Shown here piece by piece: positions 39,676 through 49,930 of a DNA stretch of 64,000 nt. The translations under genes and the position numbers were made by a program. Position 1 is the stretch's first letter, and each line of letters begins with the position of its first letter. Source of the DNA: Octopus bimaculoides (taxonomy: Eukaryota); contig NC_068990.1 in assembly GCF_001194135.2 (NCBI RefSeq), positions 10,173,185-10,237,184 of the forward strand, given 5' to 3'. The notes below the pieces were generated by a model. The model ran no database searches. It had not been told where the DNA came from and saw nothing but the letters and a program-made list of their open reading frames with translations.

Positions 39676-39696
39676 ATATGTGTGCGTCCACGTGTA

Positions 39697-39745
<49 letters not shown>

Positions 39746-39763
39746 TATAATATGTGATAATTA

Positions 39764-39894
39764 TTCGGTTGCCGTAATAAAACTCCGAGTTTCGGATATC
39801 GGGCCGAAACCTGCATTGACATCTCTTCAGTTATCGGACGGTACGGGTTTTTGCCCCTACATCCGAAACTCGGAGCTTTATTATGGCAACCAAA
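39764..39894. mobile_element. 131-bp MITE with 34-bp TIRs and TA flanks (Tc1/mariner type)
   Basis: Left TIR 39764-39797 and right TIR 39861-39894 are inverted complements with 3 mismatches; TA at 39762-63 and 39895-96. Confidence 0.9.
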
Positions 39895-40012
39895 TAATTG
39901 CCACATATAATATTGCAGATAAATTCCTCTATTTACATAATATCAAGGCCTATTTCACTCTCTAGTTAATATCTTTTCTAGAATAACTATTGCTTGACCA
40001 TTTTCTCAGACT

Positions 40013-40060
40013 GTCTCCGATGAAAGGATATATAAAATATCCCAGAAACAGCTGTAAGAC
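40013..40060 (+). ncRNA. Type I hammerhead ribozyme-like motif of Penelope terminal-repeat type
   Basis: Stem I GTCT(40013-16)/AGAC(40057-60); core CCGATGA; stem II GGATAT-ataaa-ATATCC; GAAA at 40045-48; palindromic stem III ACAGCTGT; GUA triplet with predicted cleavage after 40056. Confidence 0.6.
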
Positions 40061-41459
40061 CTTCTATTTATAAATATTCTGAAATCATTCACAGCCTTGG
40101 TTTGTTATCTCATTCTGTTAATTTATATATATATTATATATANNNNNNNNNNNNNNNNNNNNNNNNNNNNNNNNNNNNNNNNNNNNNNNNNNNNNNNNNN
40201 NNNNNNNNNNNNNNNNNNNNNNNNNNNNNNNNNNNNNNNNNNNNNNNNNNNNNNNNNNNNNNNNNNNNNNNNNNNNNNNNNNNNNNNNNNNNNNNNNNNN
40301 NNNNNNNNNNNNNNNNNNNNNNNNNNNNNNNNNNNNNNNNNNNNNNNNNNNNNNNNNNNNNNNNNNNNNNNNNNNNNNNNNNNNNNNNNNNNNNNNNNNN
40401 NNNNNNNNNNNNNNNNNNNNNNNNNNNNNNNNNNNNNNNNNNNNNNNNNNNNNNNNNNNNNNNNNNNNNNNNNNNNNNNNNNNNNNNNNNNNNNNNNNNN
40501 NNNNNNNNNNNNNNNNNNNNNNNNNNNNNNNNNNNNNNNNNNNNNNNNNNNNNNNNNNNNNNNNNNNNNNNNNNNNNNNNNNNNNNNNNNNNNNNNNNNN
40601 NNNNNNNNNNNNNNNNNNNNNNNNNNNNNNNNNNNNNNNNNNNNNNNNNNNNNNNNNNNNNNNNNNNNNNNNNNNNNNNNNNNNNNNNNNNNNNNNNNNN
40701 NNNNNNNNNNNNNNNNNNNNNNNNNNNNNNNNNNNNNNNNNNNNNNNNNNNNNNNNNNNNNNNNNNNNNNATATATATATATATATAAATACACATATTA
40801 TATAAGTATGTATGTATATGCATATATCTATTATTCGAAAGTATACTATTATTTGGAGTTACATTTGAAGTAGTATTTTATGTCCACCCCGGTGGTTTTA
40901 AAGGACTTATTGCTCAAGATATAATGTACTACGGCACGCTCTGACGTAATATAATGCCACATACTATAATAATAACTTTCTGCATAACTATATACTTTTT
41001 CTTCATACGCAATGTTTTAATCAATCACAGCCAGAGAAGAGCGTAATATCTTTACTTGGCTGGGTTCACGCCTCAAATATAATCAATATTTTCAATCACA
41101 GAAATTGCGAATAGAGTCAAGAATACTCACTGCATTAATTTTTATCGTGCATTATGTATTTTTGTTTTGTTTGTATATGATCTATTATTTTGAATGCAAC
41201 ATTTTTTTGTGACGTCACAATGTTGATATAATAGGAATTAAAGAGCAAAAGAAAAGTGAAATTTTTTCAGCTGTTAAAATTTAATGTCTATTAGTTTCAC
41301 ATGGCACCGCCGTTTGATGGAGTGCACGAACATTTTACCTTTTTTTAATGTTTTCTGTTGGTTTACAATTTGCGACGAAAAGTAAATAAACTAATGAGGC
41401 ACACAGGACATAATGGTTACAAATTTAAGATTTATTTATCATAGACCTACAAAAGTACC

Positions 41460-41645
41460 ACATCTCCTCCTCCTGCTCCTCCTCCTCCTCCTCCTCCTAC
41501 TACTACTACTACTGCTACTACTACTAAGGCTGGTAATACCACTAATGCCCCTATTAGTGCTAATAACAATACCACTACTAATAATAGTGGTAGTGATGCT
41601 GGTACAGGTAGTACTATAATTATTATTGTCATTATTATTATTATT
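41460..41645. repeat. Compound (CTC)n-(CTA)n-(TAA/TAG)-(TTA)n low-complexity tract
   Basis: Directly visible. Confidence 0.9.
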
Positions 41646-41654
41646 ACCAATCCA

Positions 41655-42775
41655 CTCGATGGGCCCGAGTGGCGGAGGCAAAACGTGGCAACAAAGCCAC
41701 CATTCGGTTTTTGGTGGAACAGAACGGCCGCGAGATGTTTGAACCGAAGCAGTTGTGTGCGGCTTTCAGCAGCACTTTGCTCGACTTTTGGAGACGAGTA
41801 GTAGCACAAACAGCAGGGCAGACCTTGGTGTACCTGTAGACGTCCTGCCGTAAATGGTCGGTAACAGCTGTAGAAATACAGGAGGTGAGGCAGCACTGAG
41901 CGAGAGGCAGATCGCCGGGTTTGGATGGTCTGCACTAAGCTATTTATATTCCTATGCCAGACTTGCGAGATACTTAGCAGATGTCTACTGCAACGGGCAA
42001 CAAAATGGGATTATTGCCACCTGTGTTTGTCGATGGGTAGTGGCACTGCTGAGAAAGAACCCAGACGATGGGGACATGAAAGAGAATATATTGGCCAAGG
42101 TATTGTGGACAAGGTGATAGGCGGTGCGCAAGCGTGCGCCATCCCAAGGCGGACTTTTCACGACAACCTCCACTTCATGCGCTATATCATAGAGAGGGAA
42201 TGCACCATTCGTGCATAAGGTGGGTGACGATGCTGGCATGGGTTCGCTCTGATCAATTTAGATCAATCTAAAGCATTCGATAGGGTAGACAAACAATATT
42301 TAACGGCTGCTCTCGCGGTTGCCGGTTTCGAGGTGGTTTTCCGTAGTTGGATCACAGCATTTACAACAACATCAGCTCGGTAGTTCCAGTGATGATGTAC
42401 TGTGCGAACCTTTCATCATCTTGCACTCAGTCCGCCAAATGTGCCCTCTCTCCTCCCTTCTGTATGCACTAACTTTTGAGCAACTGCTGCGGAAGCTGGC
42501 GGCAGTTAGTGGCGTCCAACTTGATTCAGGATGTAATAGAAACTTATCCGCTTCTGCCGATGATGTCATCGTCATATTGTCGATCCACAAGCACATAGAC
42601 TTAACTGGTGACACACTAAAACAATATGAAACGGTGACAGAAGTAAAAATTAACACGGAAGATTCAGTAGGCTTGCAACTTGGTACCTGGAGAGACAAGC
42701 ATATGCCGTCCAACAGCGACGTGTGGCATTGGATTGAATGTTCGGTTACATTTCTGGGGGTCGGATTCGGTTGAA
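41655..42775 (+). pseudogene. Tx1/L1-clade LINE reverse transcriptase, degraded
   Basis: ARVAEAKRGNKATIR...QIAGFGW(SPGxDG-like)...LADVYCN..QNG...LLRK...ILAKV...ACAIPRRT.HDNLH.MRY...LINLDQSKAFDRVD...SVRQ(M)CPLSSLLYAL..E.LLRKL...SASADDVIV...INTEDSVGLQLG...FLGVGFG. RT motifs are present in order with frameshifts; YADD has become SADD. Confidence 0.92.
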
Positions 42776-44543
42776 GTAAATAGATTACCGTGTGATAAGA
42801 AATTATTTCATTCTCCTTTTATAGGGAAGCACTGATTTTGGGGACGATATATGAACTAAGTGAACCGGTGATTGAGATATCAGAGACGACAAAGATGATA
42901 AAAAAGTATAAATCATGGAAACTGAGCTGATACCCACAGATGGGTTCACTATCGCTTTAGTATCAACTAAAACGGTGCATGATACTACTTTAAATAATTC
43001 ATATCTTGATAAATTTACAATTTCACTCTTTAGAAAGACCTTGCATGTTAGATATAACTCGATCAATATGAAATGTGTTATATTATCACTTAATATATTT
43101 AATGATAAATGAACGTAAAGAACAGTTTGTGTACATCATAATCTAATTTTTTGTTAAAGCCGTTTTATGACGAACTTTTTATAAAATCACATAGACGATT
43201 GCATTGTTTAATGGAATATCTGATATATATACAGAGAGAGAGAAAGAGAGAGAANNNNNNNNNNNNNNNNNNNNNNNNNNNNNNNNNNNNNNNNNNNNNN
43301 NNNNNNNNNNNNNNNNNNNNNNNNNNNNNNNNNNNNNNNNNNNNNNNNNNNNNNNNNNNNNNNNNNNNNNNNNNNNNNNNNNNNNNNNNNNNNNNNNNNN
43401 NNNNNNNNNNNNNNNNNNNNNNNNNNNNNNNNNNNNNNNNNNNNNNNNNNNNNNNNNNNNNNNNNNNNNNNNNNNNNNNNNNNNNNNNNNNNNNNNNNNN
43501 NNNNNNNNNNNNNNNNNNNNNNNNNNNNNNNNNNNNNNNNNNNNNNNNNNNNNNNNNNNNNNNNNNNNNNNNNNNNNNNNNNNNNNNNNNNNNNNNNNNN
43601 NNNNNNNNNNNNNNNNNNNNNNNNNNNNNNNNNNNNNNNNCGATTAATCAGACAAGTGGCATAATCGATTCCAACGCTAATATTAGGGTTGACATACAGA
43701 ATGAATATGAGAAACTTATATATAGAGAAATATGGAAATAGAATGAAAGAAGGATGGAAGGATGAATACAGAGTAAGACATTAATATATTGAATTTTATA
43801 TTTTAGTGTTGTCCTGATTTATGACCAATTTAAATAATATTTATGGCGACTCATTTACAATAGAGAGGCAAATGGAAAATGATAATTATAAATATTTACT
43901 CACCTAACTAATTACTTATAAATATTTGTGGTTTAATTGGTTGTAATTTTTAGTTACAGAGATACGTAGTAATTGAATGTAATATACTACGCATATTGTA
44001 ATCAGCTAATTACAAAGCATTATTAATTCAACAAATCGTGGCATGCAGTCTACTTACTTCCAGTAAACAACACATATCTATGGAATATACAATGGAAAAC
44101 AAACTTATTTATTCAACTGGAAATAGATATAAACATTTGTTGATGAGAAAATGAGTATAAAAAAAGAAATTTAAAGAAAAACATTGTGATACATTGTGAA
44201 GACCATAGACGGCAGACAGTTTGAGACCGCAACAAACACAGCAATAATAGAGTAACGAAGTGCTTAAGCATATAAGAAATAAGAAATTCCTGCGTTTGAG
44301 AATCACCTACGGAATGATTTTATATTTGAAAATAATTATAAAACCAATGCGATGTATTGTCTACGCAAAATGGATTCTTTAATTGAAATGACCATAGATG
44401 TTCTGGAGGGTTTTAATGTATAACAGATGTAGGTTTGATTACATTAGAGGAAAATGTTTAATTAGGTATTGCTGAAGATGATTATTGAGTCAAAATCCAC
44501 ACACCTCGCAAAACATTTGATGCAGGAGAGAATGACGTCTTTA

Positions 44544-44604
<61 letters not shown>

Positions 44605-45024
44605 ACTGTATACATGTGTAAATGACATGAACGAGATAGATGATAGAATAGATGTACTGTGATTGCTATTAAGAAAAAAACAAGGAGAAATGTAAAGTGA
44701 TAAAAGAAAAAGAAGAAACGCTTGTTCCTTTCTTGTATACTTCGGATTCTCTGATGCTTAATTAAAAATTTTAAATAGGTATGTATTCACACGCACACGC
44801 GCACGCACACGTGCGCACAATCACACACCCGAACACGAGTATGGGTTTACATATTACTAACTATTTGTAAATATATATGTGTGTGCGCATGCGCACGTAT
44901 GTGTGTGCGTGTGTGCGTACGTATGTAGGTTAAAATATCTAGTGCTGTTATCAGCAATAACTGGGTTTCATATTTCACAAAAGATAAAATGCATTAAATT
45001 CCAATATTTTGTAGTGAAATATGC

Positions 45025-45155
45025 GACGCAGGGCTGGCAGAAGGGTTAGGACGTCGGGTTTAGCAAAATATGTACCCGTTGAACACAGAGATCGATGTCA
45101 TCTGTTTAATCCCTTCTCCGTAACTACCTTCCTTGTAACCAAATTTTAGAGGAAT
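45025..45155 (+). mobile_element. Deleted, diverged SINE family 2 remnant
   Basis: gggctggcagaagggttaggacgtcggg head followed by aaaatatgtacccgttgaacacagagatcgatgt body. Confidence 0.45.
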
Positions 45156-46055
45156 ATCTTATAATATTATAGTGAAATAATTGGAGCCAACTGTTCATTT
45201 TCTTTATTCTCATGCCTAGAGTAAATGGTTTTCACCGTCTCTAAAATGCAGTATCAGCTCCAAAGCAGAAAAGCAACCATCATAATAGTTGTCCTTTGTT
45301 ATAAATACCTTGATGCACGCAATGTGCTTGAATATCTTACATCAATAGTATTGCTTAAGCCTTTTACTAATTTATATTTTGATTTCATAATGCAACTACA
45401 TTAGCGCATATGTAAGATGCGCCTGTGTTCTTTGTCGGGGGTCGTAAATACATTACCTCTAGATTTATTTTGTATGAACTATAATGAAATGCACATGCTA
45501 TACACATTAATATATACTTACCTGTATATATATATATATATNNNNNNNNNNNNNNNNNNNNNNNNNNNNNNNNNNNNNNNNNNNNNNNNNNNNNNNNNNN
45601 NNNNNNNNNNNNNNNNNNNNNNNNNNNNNNNNNNNNNNNNNNNNNNNNNNNNNNNNNNNNNNNNNNNNNNNNNNNNNNNNNNNNNNNNNNNNNNNNNNNN
45701 NNNNNNNNNNNNNNNNNNNNNNNNNNNNNNNNNNNNNNNNNNNNNNNNNNNNNNNNNNNNNNNNNNNNNNNNNNNNNNNNNNNNNNNNNNNNNNNNNNNN
45801 NNNNNNNNNNNNNNNNNNNNNNNNNNNNNNNNNNNNNNNNNNNNNNNNNNNNNNNNNNNNNNNNNNNNNNNNNNNNNNNNNNNNNNNNNNNNNNNNNNNN
45901 NNNNNNNNNNNNNNNNNNNNNNNNNNNNNNNNNNNNNNNNNNNNNNNNNNNNNNNNNNNNNNNNNNNNNNNNNNNNNNNNNNNNNNNNNNNNNNNNNNNN
46001 NNNNNNNNNNNNNNNNNNNNNNNNNNNNNNNNNNNNNNNNNNNNNNNNNNNNNNN

Positions 46056-46216
46056 AGAAGAAGAAGAAGAAGAAGAAGAAGAAGAAGAAGAAGAAGAAGA
46101 AGAAGAAGAAGAAGAAGAAGAAGAAGAAGAAGAAGAAGAAGAAGAAGAAGAAGAAGAAGAAGAAGGAGAAGAAGAAGAAGAAGAAGAAGAAGAAGAAGAA
46201 GAAGAAGATGAAGAAG
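46056..46216. repeat. (GAA)n microsatellite at gap edge
   Basis: Directly visible; source of the poly-R ORF. Confidence 0.97.
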
Positions 46217-47365
46217 ACCCGTGAAATAATAAAGCAGATCCTGAATCAGTACGAAAATCCTAAGTAGAAATTTGGAGCTAAGATGTTCAAAATAATATAA
46301 AGTTGACTAGTTACAGGAATTGCAAAGAGAAACAGAAATGGAGATACATCAGAAAATATAACAATTGCGGATAAGCAAGTTCAACAAATGAAGCAGCAAA
46401 ACAAATTGGGATGCTCCAGGCCAAGATGGTGTCCAGGGATTCTGGCGCAAAATCCTCCTAAGTATACACAGGTATATACGACTGTTTTTTTTACTGACTG
46501 CAAAGAAAATACAACACTAACTTGGATGACAAAAGTAAGGATTGTGTTGTAACAGGAGGAGAAAGAAAAATGAGGTCTAGTAAGAAACTATAATCCTACA
46601 TGCATAACGTTATTCTGAAAACTATCAACTGTCATTATAAAAGATGAAGTATATAAATTACCGGAAAATGAGGATCCACTGCCGGCGAGGCAAAGTAGGA
46701 AGCAGGAAGAAATCAAGGGCAACTGCTACATAGAGAGACCAGAATAGTAAGTGAGGTAAGAACAAGGTGGAATAGGTTAACTCTTGGATGGATACAATAC
46801 AAAGGAGGCCTACGACATTGTTTCCGTAAGCTGGCTCTTGGAGAATCTGAGGACGCTCGGAGACAAATAGAAGAAACCCTGACAAATACACTGAGAACAT
46901 ACAAGCCTATGAGTTTATCAAAACCAGTATTAGAGTACACCAGTACATACAAAAACAATTAGACAGACCTCTTATCTTTAATCTAACCAGTGAGAGTGTT
47001 TAGTATAGAAATTGAAATGCAATTTGGAGTAGATAGGTACGCAGTACCTTGAAAAGATAGTGTAAGATAGCATCTGATGGTATGAAATAATCAGAAAGCA
47101 TCATGATGTGGAATATTGAGGGATACAAATATCTAGGAGTGTTACAATAAGAGAAGATAAGGGAAAGGGGAATGAGAGAAAAATTCACTAAAGAATAGAA
47201 AAGGTAAATTAATGAGTTTGAAACCAAATAAAATGAAGAGAATGTCAGTATATGGCTTCAAAACAACAAAACAGATTTATGAACACGAAACAGAGGCTGT
47301 GATTACAAATAAGAATTACAAGATCGTGTGGGACTTTGCCATAAGGACTGACTATATAATACAGT
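46217..47365 (+). pseudogene. R4/Dong-like non-LTR retrotransposon RT to pre-RLE region, degraded and internally deleted
   Basis: ADPESVRKS*VEIWS (PDAEES..FW), NWDAPGQDGVQGFW.K, CRRG...QLL, WI.YKEAYDIVSVSWLLENL, YKYLGVLQ, YEHETEAVITN.NYKIVWDFAIRTD occur in the expected order. Confidence 0.85.
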
Positions 47366-47509
47366 TAGTACTAATAATAACAATCATGCATTATATTTAG
47401 GTAGCCTAATATATCTTAATATTATTAATACATAAATCCCATCATATATTATATACTTTTCCATACCCTTAGTTCTCACAACACAAAATGATGACTATAA
47501 TTTTATAGA

Positions 47510-48110
47510 ATTCAAAAATTTTGTAATTTATATTCCAATAATTTTATTCAGTCAGCTTCTGGCCTTAGGTGATATCTTTATATCTGCTTTATCATCCATA
47601 GTTATGGTCTTTATAATTCTTTATATAATTCATTATAATACTATAAATTCATTTAGCATTTACTACTATTTATAACCTGAAATATGTTTTATAAATCTTT
47701 TCAATTCTGCTAATATTTTCTTAATAGTTCCCATAATTTTTTAAATATCTAGACTATTTATGGAACCTATATGTTTTATTCGCAATTACAATGTGTCAAT
47801 ATTGGTTAATAAAGAATGTGAGATTCATAGGGTCTCCTGTTTGTTTTGGCGAGGGTATTGGAGAAGTGGTAGAATATCGATTCTGCTTTTCTTTCTTTAT
47901 CAATTCTGGTCATGCAGATCGTCACTTCATTACTGTGATATAACTGATCTCTCTACATTTCGGTATTTCTCTGACATAAATTTATATCTGTATCTATTAC
48001 GTAAAATATTTACACATGTGTTTATTTTCTATGCCAATGCCATTTTCCTGTGAATTCTGCTAATCATTTTCCCTAATAGAATTATCTCATTCTGTTTCTA
48101 TTTAATTATT
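47510..48110 (-). mobile_element. Probable N-terminal ORF region of an R4/Dong-like element, inverted relative to the adjacent RT piece
   Basis: Stop-riddled minus-strand reading with CQRNTEM*RD..VT..LHDQ (RQRxxEMWRE...QRLADQ-like) and IKEL*R...KQI*RY..R.....KLLE....F..L (IEELKQ...KIxRYxxR...NKLFE...FY-like). The match is to a recalled family pattern and is weak. Confidence 0.4.
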
Positions 48111-49491
48111 CATTTATCATCGCTGCTGGTACTGTGATTATCTGTATCTTTATATTTGTTTGTTTATTTGTTTGTTTATAGTTTTAGCTTAAAGCTGCTT
48201 CATCTCTTTCTTCTCCCACACTATCCTTTGGAGTTTCACTGGTACCTTCACTGTTATCTTAATTTTCCTATAAGTTATTTTCCCTGAATTATTATATCAG
48301 TATGTCGCTTAAGCAAACTTCGTCTTCTAATCGCTCATCAATAACTTATGGAAGTGGTCTAATCAAGATGAATTATGTAAATGGAATTTTACCGGTGAGT
48401 GTATTAAATTTTAAGGCACTAAACAAGAACGACTCTACCCAGACACACACAAACATATATATNNNNNNNNNNNNNNNNNNNNNNNNNNNNNNNNNNNNNN
48501 NNNNNNNNNNNNNNNNNNNNNNNNNNNNNNNNNNNNNNNNNNNNNNNNNNNNNNNNNNNNNNNTATATATGTTTCTTCAGATATTGATATCTAGATATAT
48601 CTAACAACCTATCGTTAAATGTGTGTTTCTACCATTGAGTATGCATGTATATATGTGTTTGTGTGTGCGTGTGTATGTAAGAGAATGTGTGTGTATGTGT
48701 ACATCTATAGAAAGTAAACAAAGTAGTAAGAAAGCTACGAATAGGTAAGCAGAAAGTTATAGGTTGCTACACTAAAAGATTGTTCTTACATTTTTAGTTC
48801 TTTTTATTATTCAAAATATACATAGGAAATAGCCTTTAACCAAATCCACCACACTGCCCGAGTTAAACAGGGAAAAACAGCTAGTATTATTTAAAATAAT
48901 TTGCTATTGTTATGCTCTCAGTTTAGTTATGTATTTTCGCATTTTTATCTGATGCATTATGCGTAGATGTAAGGAAAATAATAATAATACGATATACGTT
49001 CAATCAGTTACCTGTGCCTTCCTCACAATATAAAGCAAACATATAATGATCAAGTTGCATCAGTATAGCATAGCTTACCGAGTGATTTATGAGATTTAAC
49101 GCCATATCGGTAACAGAGTGCGTGTGGTTTCCATATTATTTCAAATACAACGCAATATATTATTTCAAATATTTTCTAAGTATGCCCATGTGCTATATAT
49201 ATTTGAATTAATTTTCTTTTTTTCTCCTTTTTGCTACATATTTTTAATATTCGTTTTTGAATGGACGAGACAACATGCGTAACCTAATTTTCAGAAGGTT
49301 GGAATCAATGAAATGGAATAATAGTTTCGATTGTAGAAATGAGGCTAAGCATTGTGCCATTGACCAATGCTTTTCATTTGAAGTTGCTCAACTAACACAC
49401 GACCATTTATAAACTCTTTAATCCGAGATAGATTTTGTTTTCGTTGTCTATGACTTTCAGTCATTTCAAAACCCAGTGTTATGTGAAAATC

Positions 49492-49586
49492 ATGCCCAAA
49501 GTACTACGCGGCAGAAAAGTGGCGCGCATATTCAAAGTGTACAGTTTACTTGCTGTTCGCCAGTTTTCTGCTGCATTGAGCTTTGG
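49492..49586 (+). CDS. Candidate first coding exon (MPKVLRGRKVARIFKVYSLLAVRQFSAALSF-G, phase 2), unidentified
   Basis: Acceptor ctttcag at 49454-49460, ATG at 49492, donor GG|GTAAGA at 49587, locally CpG-rich. No homology recognised. Confidence 0.2.
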
Positions 49587-49875
49587 GTAAGACTTTCTAC
49601 TAGCAGTGCATTAACATTTTATCAAAACTAAAAAAATGAAATTGTCACTTCCAGTATCCAGCCAGCGTGGAAATCGGGTTCTCTTGACATTTTTGTTGAA
49701 TATATTTATAAATGTCAGAATGTCAATCATTTAAGGTTCATAAGTTTCCTTCTAATTATAATAGACATTATTTGAAACCAGATGTAGAAAAGCTTATCTT
49801 CGAGTTGCTGACATTTAGTTCCTTATTTTATATAAAATTGTATCTCTTAATCTACATACGTCATACACGCACACA

Positions 49876-49930
<55 letters not shown>

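Noticed and set aside
41207-41220. 14-bp palindrome ttgtgacgtcacaa with a CRE core (also TGACGTCA at 18314)
   Set aside because: A single short motif with no promoter or gene context; expected by chance.
44058-44116. Minus-strand 59-nt exon-like segment with strong splice sites
   Set aside because: Stops in all three frames; no support as a UTR exon.
47380-47640. Histone H2B-like reading (YKRIIKT...ISPKARS) or endogenous virus
   Set aside because: Superficial similarity; another frame fits the R4/Dong N-terminal pattern better.
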